Source: an uncultured Bacilli bacterium
GTDB lineage: Bacteria > Bacillota_I > Bacilli_A > RF39 > UBA660
Assembly (NCBI GenBank): GCA_947623855.1
Contig: CANQHW010000001.1
Span: 1-47,169 of the forward strand
Direction of reading: 5' to 3'
DNA: 47,169 nucleotides
Part shown: piece after piece, positions 1 to 7,966 of the stretch
How the letters are laid out: the number at the start of each line of letters is the position of its first letter
How positions within the stretch are numbered: position 1 is the first letter of the stretch
Notes under the pieces: generated by a model
Database searches by the model: none
Told to the model about the DNA's origin: nothing
The model's input: the letters and a program-made list of their open reading frames with translations, nothing else
Translations under genes and position numbers: made by a program

Positions 1-548
1 ATATTTTTAAATTTAGTTAAAGCATTATGAACTAATCTTCTTTCATAAGAGTTCATATTATCCATAGTTACAGGATTGTGAGTTTTTAAGACTTCACGAG
101 CTATATTTTTAGCAAGTCTTTCTAGATTACGTTGTTGTTTTTCTTTATAATCACTAATATCTAATATAATATTTAAGTGAGTATTTAATTCTTTAGTAGC
201 TACTCCTCTTAGTATAGTTTGTAAAGCAGCTAAGTTTTTACCTTCTTTACCTATTAAGATATTATTTTTATCACTATATATTTTAATATAGATTTGATTT
301 TCTCTTATACTAGTTTCAAAAGAAGCTTTAATAGTCATGTTTTTTAGTAATTCATCAAGATAATTTTTTAAGTATTCAACAACACTAGTTAATTTTATAG
401 CTTTTATTTCATAAGATTTTCCTTTAAATAAGCCACCTTTTTTTTCTTCTATTTGATAGATTATTTCATTTTCTTTAGCATTAAAACATTCTAAGGCGGT
501 GTTTAATGCTTCTTCTTCAGTTTTTCCTGTAAATACTTCTAAATTCAT
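1..548 (-). CDS. jag: Jag/KhpB RNA-binding protein (Jag_N, KH, R3H); 3' end cut by window edge
   Basis: Own translation of the minus strand from the ATG at 548-546: MNLEVFTGKTEEEALNTALECFNAKENEIIYQIEEKKGG...LIGKEGKNLAALQTILRG (KH-like)...NSYERRLVHNAL (R3H). It lies directly downstream of yidC, as spoIIIJ-jag does in Bacillus. It is absent from the ORF track because it is open at the edge. Confidence 0.8.
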   Translation of the reverse strand, partial: MNLEVFTGKTEEEALNTALECFNAKENEIIYQIEEKKGGLFKGKSYEIKAIKLTSVVEYLKNYLDELLKNMTIKASFETSIRENQIYIKIYSDKNNILIGKEGKNLAALQTILRGVATKELNTHLNIILDISDYKEKQQRNLERLAKNIAREVLKTHNPVTMDNMNSYERRLVHNALTKFKN

Positions 549-550
549 TT

Positions 551-1507
551 TTACTTCCTTCTTTCATTTACTTTTTTAATTATCCAAGTTTGGATAATAC
601 CAAAGGCACTATTAACAATCCAGTATAGAGCAATAGCTGTTGGTAAACTTAAAGATGCAATAGAGATCATTATTAACATAAAGTTAGTCATCCATTTCAT
701 CTGGCTCATTTGTTCATTATTGGCACTAGCATCTTGGGTTAATTTAAATGAGAAGTAAGTAGTTAAAATTATTAAACCGATTAAAACAAGATATATGTAG
801 TAACCTTTAGTAAGACCAACTAAAGGAGTCATACCTAAAGGAAGTTCATATTTAATATTGTGTAAGAAGGGAAGGAAGGTTCCTTCAAAGATAGCAGGTA
901 CTCTATTAATAGCTTCTAGGAAAGCAAAGAATAATGGTAGTTGGATAAAAGCTAGTAAGCAACCGGATATCGGATTAATATTATATTTTTTATAAACCAT
1001 CATCATTTCTTGACTTTTAGCCATCATGGAATCAGTATCTTGTTTATTAGCATATTTACGTTCTATTCGGGCTAGTTCTGGTTGAGCTTTTTTAATATTT
1101 TGTTGTTGCATAGTAGTCTTTTTGGTTATTGGTACCATTATAAGCCTTATTAATAGGGTTACTAAGATAACTGCTAAACCATAGTTTTTAACTAATACTC
1201 CTAATTTAATGATTATCCAAGCAATGGGTTTAACAAATATCGATTCCCATAAACTAGAATATTTTATAGAATTTAAATGAAACTTGGAACAAGATGGTAA
1301 ATCTTCTAGTTTAACTTTTAAAGATTTATTGTGTTTTTCATATAATTCTAATAATTCTTTATCTTCAGGTTTGCATAAGATATTAGCTGTTATTGTTTGA
1401 CCAGTTTTTTCATAGACAATATTTTTTTTATCTTCTTTAACATAAGTAGTACAACTAGCAGTAGCTAGTAAGACTAAACTTAAAAGAAGGATTTTAAATT
1501 TTTTCAT
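551..1507 (-). CDS. yidC: YidC/SpoIIIJ-type membrane protein insertase (lipoprotein)
   Basis: 318-aa ORF with a lipoprotein signal (MKKFKILLLSLVLLATASC) and a multi-TM insertase core. Conserved rnpA-yidC-jag order; 4-nt overlap with rnpA. Confidence 0.9.
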   Translation of the reverse strand: MKKFKILLLSLVLLATASCTTYVKEDKKNIVYEKTGQTITANILCKPEDKELLELYEKHNKSLKVKLEDLPSCSKFHLNSIKYSSLWESIFVKPIAWIIIKLGVLVKNYGLAVILVTLLIRLIMVPITKKTTMQQQNIKKAQPELARIERKYANKQDTDSMMAKSQEMMMVYKKYNINPISGCLLAFIQLPLFFAFLEAINRVPAIFEGTFLPFLHNIKYELPLGMTPLVGLTKGYYIYLVLIGLIILTTYFSFKLTQDASANNEQMSQMKWMTNFMLIMISIASLSLPTAIALYWIVNSAFGIIQTWIIKKVNERRK

Positions 1508-1845
1508 GGGATCTCCTTTATTAATTCATATAGTGATTTTTTTAATACTTCATATGAAGAGTCTTTGCATGTCTTCTTTATCATTATAATATAATATTTA
1601 GTATTTGAAAATAGATTTTTATATTCATCAATGATATTTCTTGTTTGTCTTTTAATTCTATTTCTTTCATAAGCTTTACCATATTTAGTACTTATAGCTA
1701 TACCTATTTGGGTATGTATTTCTTCTTTATCCTTATAATATATTACATAGTAATTATTTTTTTTATAGGGAGAAGTTTTAATAACATTGTTAAAGATTTT
1801 TTTATCTTTTATGGTTTCAATTCTTTTTATGGTTATCATCTCCAT
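1504..1845 (-). CDS. rnpA: Ribonuclease P protein component
   Basis: 113-aa basic protein (…GKAYERNRIKRQTRNII…) immediately downstream of rpmH. Confidence 0.9.
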   Translation of the reverse strand: MEMITIKRIETIKDKKIFNNVIKTSPYKKNNYYVIYYKDKEEIHTQIGIAISTKYGKAYERNRIKRQTRNIIDEYKNLFSNTKYYIIMIKKTCKDSSYEVLKKSLYELIKEIP

Positions 1846-1871
1846 TTAGAAAAAAACCACATAATTGTGGC

Positions 1872-1997
1872 TTATTTTTTAATTATTTCTTTACGTCCTT
1901 TTTGTCTTCTAGTTTTTAATACATTGGATTCTTTACGAGCAAAAAAACCATGTTTTTTAGCTCTTTTACGATTATTTGGTTGATAAGTTCTTTTCAT
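1872..1997 (-). CDS. rpmH: 50S ribosomal protein L34
   Basis: Not in the ORF track (too short). Own translation: [46 protein letters not shown]-type RBS (ggaggtg) upstream; canonical position next to rnpA and oriC. Confidence 0.9.
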   Translation of the reverse strand: MKRTYQPNNRKRAKKHGFFARKESNVLKTRRQKGRKEIIKK

Positions 1998-2065
1998 AAC
2001 AACACCTCCGCATCTGTTAAATAACTTCATTATTATAATATTAAAATAAGATGAATGTCAAGAGA

Positions 2066-2833
2066 TTATCTAGTTAAAGTTAATTTATTGACATTATTTT
2101 TTAAATAAGTATTAGTACTATTATTTAAATAGGTAGTAATATTATTATTAAATTCTTTTAGAGTTTGATAATGGGTTAAACGATAGTTATTTATAGTAGA
2201 AATAGTAGTTATTAAAATAGTTTTAAAGTTATGGGGATTTTTAGTTAGTTCTTGTTGTAATAGTTCATGCACTATATTATAAGGAAAGTTAATAGAAATA
2301 CAATATTCTTTTAGGGTTTTACCATTTATTAAGAACCTTCTTTCTACTAAGTAAGATACTAATTCTTCATCGTTCCAGGTCATATATTTAGGATTTCTTA
2401 AAGCTTTAAATAAATAAGCTCTTATACTATCATAAGATATATTATTATTAATACAAAATGTTTTGAGAGGAATACCTAAATAAAACCAACGATTTTTATT
2501 ATTTTTTCCGGTAATATAATTAGTTATTAGTTCATCTATAGAGGATTTAGGATTTAATTTTAATTGGGAAGTTAGCCAACTACGAATATTTACATAACTT
2601 ATTTCTGGATGGGTTTTACAATATTTATAAAGAGTAGTATTATTCCATAAATAGTCGGCATTTTCTTTGGAAAGATCATGAGTAAGAGCTAGGATTACTA
2701 GTTCATCATCGGTTAGAGTAGGGTTTTCTTTTCTAAATTTTTTAATTCGAGAATAGATAGTAAATTTATTAATATTATGTTGATCACAATATTTATATAA
2801 AGATATTCCTTGATATTGATATTTTTGTTGCAT
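2066..2833 (-). CDS. Hypothetical protein made of four tandem HTH-like repeat modules
   Basis: ORF track 2066..2842. I prefer the ATG at 2833 (MQQKYQ...), which is preceded by an AAAGGGG RBS. An internal ~55-60 aa repeat is visible by eye (see finding). No family recognised. Confidence 0.5.
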   Translation of the reverse strand: MQQKYQYQGISLYKYCDQHNINKFTIYSRIKKFRKENPTLTDDELVILALTHDLSKENADYLWNNTTLYKYCKTHPEISYVNIRSWLTSQLKLNPKSSIDELITNYITGKNNKNRWFYLGIPLKTFCINNNISYDSIRAYLFKALRNPKYMTWNDEELVSYLVERRFLINGKTLKEYCISINFPYNIVHELLQQELTKNPHNFKTILITTISTINNYRLTHYQTLKEFNNNITTYLNNSTNTYLKNNVNKLTLTR

Positions 2834-2889
2834 TAAAAACACCCCTTTGGTAAGAGGTATTATAACATTTTTTTAATATTTGTCAAACT

Positions 2890-3666
2890 TTAATCATTAT
2901 AGGTACTTGGTAAATCAAAATATTCTTCTAAAGTTATCCAGTCACCATTATTATATAGTTTAGCTGCTAGTTCTTTTCCAACATATCTTAAATGCCATGG
3001 TTCATACATATAACCAGTGATATTTTCTTTACCTTCAGGATATCTTAAGATAAAACCATAAAGATAAGCATTATTATGAATCCATTTACCTTCAGGAGTA
3101 TAAGCAAAGTCAGATGAAATAGTATTTAAATCAAAAGCTAAACCGGTTTGATGTTCAGAGTGTCCGGGTCTTGCACTATAGGTATCAGCGGCATCTTTTC
3201 CATCACGATTAACATAGTTATTATATAAACCATTTTGGAAGTTGTAACTACGATAACCGCTTTGAATCCAAATATTTAACCCTAAAACTTCAATATCTGT
3301 TTGCATTTCTTTAAAGTGTTCGTATGTTTCTTTAGTTACACAGTAAGAGCAATAATCGCGTCCGTTTAAAGGTTCATAAGGATCTTCAGGAACATAATCT
3401 TCAGGAAGAGGAAAACTTTTATTAACAATTAAGATACCATCTACTATTTTTAAACCAGAATTATTTTCTTCTTCTTGTGTTTCAGAAGATGAGGGAGTTT
3501 CTACTTCTTGTTGGGGTTCTTCTTTTTGTTGTTCTTGCATTGTTTCCTCACTTTCTTGATTTTTAGCTAAAAATACTTTAGATACTATAAAATATGAAGA
3601 TACTACTAATAATAGGACTATTAAAAAGAGCATTAGGATATTTTTTTTCGTTTTCTTTTTTCTCAT
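2890..3666 (-). CDS. M15B (VanY-like) D-alanyl-D-alanine carboxypeptidase, membrane anchored
   Basis: Motifs SGYRSY, ARPGHSEHQTGLAFD and EPWHLRYVG. Start moved to MRKKKTKKNILMLFLIVLLL (ATG 3666), which has an AAGGAG RBS. The track N-terminal extension to 3762 would run into the DnaA-box region. Confidence 0.8.
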   Translation of the reverse strand: MRKKKTKKNILMLFLIVLLLVVSSYFIVSKVFLAKNQESEETMQEQQKEEPQQEVETPSSSETQEEENNSGLKIVDGILIVNKSFPLPEDYVPEDPYEPLNGRDYCSYCVTKETYEHFKEMQTDIEVLGLNIWIQSGYRSYNFQNGLYNNYVNRDGKDAADTYSARPGHSEHQTGLAFDLNTISSDFAYTPEGKWIHNNAYLYGFILRYPEGKENITGYMYEPWHLRYVGKELAAKLYNNGDWITLEEYFDLPSTYND

Positions 3667-3759
3667 AATAGGCATTCTCCTTAATTTAATATTATTGGAA
3701 TATTTAAAACTTGTCAACAAGGTTTTAAACATTTTTACAGTAATAATTATGCTATTTAA

Positions 3760-3992
3760 CACTATTTATCCACATTATTAACAGGGATTGTTAATAAAAT
3801 TATCAACTTGTGTGTAAAAAAATTGTTAACAATGTTGATAAGTTAAAAAAAGTAGGTTATTATAGCTTATAAATTGTTATTAATATTGTGGATAAGATGT
3901 TTATAAGTAAGATTTTTAAATTTTTTACTTTTAAAAATTTAAGACATATTATACAATTATATTAACAGGTATCACTTCGGGGGTGATGAATA
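3760..3992. other. oriC, left (dnaA-upstream) DnaA-box cluster and dnaA promoter region
   Basis: Perfect TTATCCACA at 3766-3774 and, as TGTGGATAA, at 3887-3895. Near-boxes: TTATCAACT 3800-3808, TGTTGATAA 3833-3841, TGTTTATAA 3898-3906. Gene strand polarity switches here. Confidence 0.85.
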
Positions 3993-5342
3993 ATGAATAC
4001 CGAAGGTTTATGGGAGAAGTTTTTAGCTAGTTTGGAAGAAAAAGTTAATCCTATGACCTATAATACTTGGTTTAAACCGTTAGAGTTACTTAAAATTGAT
4101 AATGATAAGAATATGATTATCGTTAAAGTTCCAATGGCTGTACATATAAGTATCTTAGCTAATAAATGGTATTCATTAATATGTGATACGATAATGGAAC
4201 TTACACATAAGGAATATGATTTTTCTTTTGTATTAGATGATTTAGAAGATGAAGATATAAAGGAAAAAGAAGAAGTTGTTAAGAAAAAGGAAGAAGATAC
4301 TTATTTTGAAAGTAATTTAATACCGAGACTTAATTTTGATAATTATATTATTGGAGATACTAATAAGTTTGCAAAGACGGTAGCATTTGCAGTAGCAGAA
4401 GCACCAGGTAGTGTTTATAATCCTTTGTTTATATATGGGAAGAGTGGACTTGGAAAAACCCATTTAATGCATGCAATTGGAAATTATATTGTCCAAAATA
4501 GTGATTTAAAAGTGTTATATGTTACAAGTGAACAGTTTATGAAAGATTATACAGGAATTGTTAGTGATATAAATCAGGTAGAATATGCTAATAATTTTAA
4601 GAATAAATACCGAAATATTGATGTATTAATTATTGATGATATTCAGTATTTAGTGGGAGCTCCAAAGACGCAAGAAGAATTTTTTCATACTTTTAATGAA
4701 CTGCATCAACATAATAAACAAATAATTATAAGTAGTGATAGGTCACCGGATGATTTAAAACTACTAGAAGAAAGACTTAGGAGTAGGTTTACGTGGGGAC
4801 TTCCTGTAGATATATATCCACCAGATTTTGATTTAAGATGTCGAATTATTAAAGATAAAATTAAATATACTTCGATAGCGAACTTGATGAGTGAAGAAGC
4901 AATTGAGTTTGTAGCGAATAATTATGATAGTGATGTAAGAAGAATTGAGGGAGCAATTAATAGATTAGTTGCATATACCGCAATGAGTGGTCCTACAAAA
5001 ATAACTTTAGATTTTGCAGCGGAAGCTCTAAAAGATGATGTATCCCAAAATATTTATAATACTAGTAGTATTGCAATGATTCAAAAAGCGACGGCGGATT
5101 ATTATGGAATTACAGTTGAAACTTTAAAAAGTAAGAAAAGGAGTAGTAATATCGCCTACCCACGTCAGATAGCAATGTATTTATCGCGAATGCTTACAGA
5201 AGAATCTTTACCTCGAATTGGATTAGAGTTTGGGGGAAGAGATCATGCTACAGTAATTCATGCTATATCAAAAATAGAAGAAGATTTAAAACAAAATGGG
5301 CAATTAAAAGAGATAATTAATGAAATAAAAGCGAAAATGTGA
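3993..5342 (+). CDS. dnaA: Chromosomal replication initiator DnaA
   Basis: 449 aa with Walker A (GKSGLGKTHLMHAIGN), DDIQYL, and a C-terminal DNA-binding region (…IAYPRQIAMYLSRMLTEESLPRIGLEFGGRDHATVIHA). Confidence 0.98.
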   Translation: MNTEGLWEKFLASLEEKVNPMTYNTWFKPLELLKIDNDKNMIIVKVPMAVHISILANKWYSLICDTIMELTHKEYDFSFVLDDLEDEDIKEKEEVVKKKEEDTYFESNLIPRLNFDNYIIGDTNKFAKTVAFAVAEAPGSVYNPLFIYGKSGLGKTHLMHAIGNYIVQNSDLKVLYVTSEQFMKDYTGIVSDINQVEYANNFKNKYRNIDVLIIDDIQYLVGAPKTQEEFFHTFNELHQHNKQIIISSDRSPDDLKLLEERLRSRFTWGLPVDIYPPDFDLRCRIIKDKIKYTSIANLMSEEAIEFVANNYDSDVRRIEGAINRLVAYTAMSGPTKITLDFAAEALKDDVSQNIYNTSSIAMIQKATADYYGITVETLKSKKRSSNIAYPRQIAMYLSRMLTEESLPRIGLEFGGRDHATVIHAISKIEEDLKQNGQLKEIINEIKAKM

Positions 5343-5489
5343 ATTAAGTGGAGAAAAGGGTAAAGTTATAAACAAGTAAAAGAGATAAAAAAGAGGATAT
5401 TTTAAGAGAATATTAAAGTTATAAACAATATTAACACTATAATAAATAAAATAATTATATTACAAATAAAAGAAAGAAGGAATTTTAAA
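5343..5489. other. oriC, right (dnaA-dnaN spacer) part: two direct box-like repeats plus an A/T-rich candidate unwinding element
   Basis: Exact 15-mer TAAAGTTATAAACAA at 5361-5375 and 5414-5428, each containing TTATAAACA (1 mismatch to TTATNCACA). An almost pure A/T run follows up to the dnaN RBS. Confidence 0.65.
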
Positions 5490-6608
5490 ATGAAATTTAC
5501 AATTGATAAGAAGATATTATTAGATAACTTAGTAAATGTAACGAGAGCAATATCAACGAAGAATGTAATACCTATACTTAATGGAATAAAAATGGATTTA
5601 ACAGAAGAGGGGTTATATTTAACAGCTAGTGATTCAGAACTTACTATTAAGACTTTTATTGAAACGAAAGATATAAAACATGTAGATACTTTAGGAAGTA
5701 TTATTATTCAAAGTAAGTTTATTTTAGATATTATTAGAAAGTTACCAGGAGAAGTAGTTAATTTTGAAATAAGAGATGGTCTTAAGATTAGAATATATAC
5801 GGATGGTAGTGAGTATAATTTAAATTGTTTGAATCCGGTTGAATATCCACAAATACGTTTAGAAGAGGTAAAAGAACCTTATATTATTAAGAGTAGTTTA
5901 TTTAAAACGATTATTAATCAAACAGTATTTGCTATTTCTACGCAAGAGTTAAGACCATTACTTACGGGTTTAAATTTAAAGATTACGGGAGATATATTAG
6001 AATGTATTGCAACGGATTCTTATCGGTTAGCCAAAAAGATCGTTAAACTTGATAAAGCTAGTAATGATGAAATAAATATTGTAATACCTGGTAAAAATAT
6101 TCAAGAGTTAGATAAGATTTTAGATGATGAAGAAGACTTAGAGATGCATATCTTTAATAATAAAGTAGTATTTAAATATAAGAATATAACTTTCCAAAGT
6201 AATCTACTAGCGGGAACATATCCAAATACCAATAATTTAATTCCAACAGAGTTTAGTTATATGATTAATGTAGATTTACATAAATATTATGATGCAATAG
6301 ATAGAGCAGCATTACTTACGCAAAGTAAGGATAAAAATATTGTTAAAATGACAGTTAATAATAATGAGATGACGATTAATTCTTTTGCTAGTGAAATAGG
6401 AAAAGTTGAAGAAAAGTTGGTTATAGAAAGTAATAATAGTACGAATTTAGATATTTCTTTTAGTGCAAGATATATGATGGAAGCTTTAAGAACTTTTAAA
6501 GATGAACAAATACTTATTTTACTTAATGGGGAAGTAAAACCTATTGTTATTAAATCAGTTAATGATGAATCTTTAATTCAACTTATTTTACCTATTAAGA
6601 CATACTAG
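5490..6608 (+). CDS. dnaN: DNA polymerase III beta sliding clamp
   Basis: 372 aa; typical N-terminus MKFTIDKKILLDNLVNVTRAISTKNVIPILNGIKM; position after dnaA. Confidence 0.97.
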   Translation: MKFTIDKKILLDNLVNVTRAISTKNVIPILNGIKMDLTEEGLYLTASDSELTIKTFIETKDIKHVDTLGSIIIQSKFILDIIRKLPGEVVNFEIRDGLKIRIYTDGSEYNLNCLNPVEYPQIRLEEVKEPYIIKSSLFKTIINQTVFAISTQELRPLLTGLNLKITGDILECIATDSYRLAKKIVKLDKASNDEINIVIPGKNIQELDKILDDEEDLEMHIFNNKVVFKYKNITFQSNLLAGTYPNTNNLIPTEFSYMINVDLHKYYDAIDRAALLTQSKDKNIVKMTVNNNEMTINSFASEIGKVEEKLVIESNNSTNLDISFSARYMMEALRTFKDEQILILLNGEVKPIVIKSVNDESLIQLILPIKTY

Positions 6609-6618
6609 GAGATTAAAT

Positions 6619-7290
6619 ATGAGTGAAGATTTAGCAATTATTGATAATGAGGTATATGATTTAGGATTACAAGAAATAGAAGAAGCATCTAATATCCAAA
6701 AACAAATAATGGAGTTAGGAAGAGAAAGAAATGAAAAGTTAGAAGAAGCAAAAATTCATTTGATATTAGGAGTTAAAGTAAAGACTAGAGAGTTACAAGA
6801 TAAATTAAAGGTTTGTAATTCACAAATATCTTTTTATCATCAAAGTATTGCAGAGATAAAAGATGATATTAAGATTAACAAGGGATTAGAAGGAGATACT
6901 TTAAATCAAAAATTACAAGAAGCACAACAATGTTTAAATTTATGGGTAAAGAAAAAAGAGGAGATTAAAGTTTTATTAAAAGAGTTATGTAAGAGATATG
7001 GACATCAAATAGATATAAGTGAAGAACCTATAAAAATTAAAAAGAATACAGTATTATCAGTTTCTGAAACTTTAATTGCTAAAAATTATATATGGAAAAG
7101 TTATTATATTTGTAAATGTTGTGGAGAAAAAGTTTTATTAGATGATAATTTTAATTTAAAAGATATGGAATGGCATAATATGTTGAATGCGAATTTTACA
7201 AAAAGAATTGTAGATGAAAAGGTAAGTTTGGATAATCCTAAATTAGTATTAGGGAAACCTAAAGTTATATTACCTAATGTGGATAAGTAA
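6619..7290 (+). CDS. Hypothetical coiled-coil protein with Cys-rich C-terminal segment, coupled to dnaN
   Basis: 223 aa; AGGAG RBS 10 nt after the dnaN stop. The N-terminal ~130 aa are heptad-like and charged. The C-terminal part has YICKCCGEKV…MEWHNM. It occupies the slot where Bacillus has yaaA. Confidence 0.6.
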   Translation: MSEDLAIIDNEVYDLGLQEIEEASNIQKQIMELGRERNEKLEEAKIHLILGVKVKTRELQDKLKVCNSQISFYHQSIAEIKDDIKINKGLEGDTLNQKLQEAQQCLNLWVKKKEEIKVLLKELCKRYGHQIDISEEPIKIKKNTVLSVSETLIAKNYIWKSYYICKCCGEKVLLDDNFNLKDMEWHNMLNANFTKRIVDEKVSLDNPKLVLGKPKVILPNVDK

Positions 7291-7298
7291 GAAGTTAT

Positions 7299-7331
7299 AA
7301 ACAGGTCAAAATGACTTGTTTTAATTTTTTT
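7299..7331 (+). terminator. Rho-independent terminator after ORF 6619..7290
   Basis: AAACAGGTCA-aaa-TGACTTGTTT (10-bp stem, one G:U) followed by TAATTTTTTT. Confidence 0.7.
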
Positions 7332-7337
7332 AGTTTT

Positions 7338-7382
7338 TTCGACAAAATATGACAAAATTCGACAAAATAGGTGTGATATAGT
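7338..7382 (+). promoter_or_regulatory. Two perfect Spo0A (0A) boxes plus an extended -10 upstream of the ComK-like gene
   Basis: TTCGACA (reverse complement of TGTCGAA) at 7338-7344 and 7358-7364, with a degenerate ATGACAA at 7349-7355. GACAAAAT recurs three times with 10-bp phasing. TGaTATAGT extended -10 at 7374-7382. Confidence 0.55.
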
Positions 7383-7416
7383 TAAAGTAATTTATTTCAG
7401 TTAGGGGGGAAAAATT

Positions 7417-7875
7417 ATGAATAAATACGAAATAAATAATAAAACTTTAGCTTTAAAGCCAAAGGATAAACAAACTGTGGTTTATGAAGATAAAAATACT
7501 TTTGTGGTTGATGATACAGTTAATCAAATAATGGAAGAAAGTTGTAATTATTATGGAAGTACTTTAGAAGGGAGAAAGGAAGGGGCTTCCAAGTTATTAA
7601 AGATTAATTATAAAGTTCCGATAGTAATAGAGGATGTTAATAATATTATTTTCTTTCCAACTAGTAGTCCAAGGAAGAAGGAATGTATTTGGATTAGTTT
7701 AAATAATATTAAAGATTATTATCAAAAAAATGGGATGATAGTAATAGTTTTTAATAATAATAAAAAGATAAAAGTTAAGGAAAGTTATAAGGTTATTGAT
7801 ACGCAAATATTAAAAGCAACAAGACTTGGTTGTTTAATTCAAGAAAGAATTAAAAAAAATCGAAAAAAAAGTTAA
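7417..7875 (+). CDS. comK: ComK-family transcription factor-like protein
   Basis: 152 aa. …IMEESCNYYGSTLEGRKEGASKLLKINYKVPIVIEDVNNIIFFPTSSPRKKECIWISLNNI resembles the B. subtilis ComK core (…CRFFGSSYAGRKAGT…KPPIMV…IFLFPTLS…CGWIS), recalled from memory. GGGGGG RBS. Confidence 0.7.
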   Translation: MNKYEINNKTLALKPKDKQTVVYEDKNTFVVDDTVNQIMEESCNYYGSTLEGRKEGASKLLKINYKVPIVIEDVNNIIFFPTSSPRKKECIWISLNNIKDYYQKNGMIVIVFNNNKKIKVKESYKVIDTQILKATRLGCLIQERIKKNRKKS

Positions 7876-7904
7876 AAAATGGCTTATTTTATGTTATAAT
7901 TATT

Positions 7905-7940
7905 AATAGGTATAGGAGTACTAATATACCTATTATTTTA
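7905..7940 (+). terminator. Hairpin/terminator between the ComK-like gene and recF
   Basis: AATAGGTATA-(10 nt)-TATACCTATT followed by ATTTTAC. The U-tract is weak. Confidence 0.45.
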
Positions 7941-7966
7941 CTATATGAAGTTAAAAGAGGCTTAAA

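Noticed and set aside
3667-3762. N-terminal extensions given by the ORF track: peptidase to 3762, FAD-Rieske to 43481, Abi_2 to 36692, rplM to 41921, tadA from 13985, Fic from 39149.
   Set aside because: The internal ATGs have proper RBS spacing and match family-typical N-termini. The extensions run into DnaA boxes, neighbouring genes, the SRP RNA or repeat units.
7852-7870. Two A8 runs at the 3' end of the ComK-like gene considered as phase-variation tracts.
   Set aside because: They encode the extreme C-terminal lysine-rich tail (…KKNRKKS). Slippage there would barely alter the protein, and such runs are common in this AT-rich genome.
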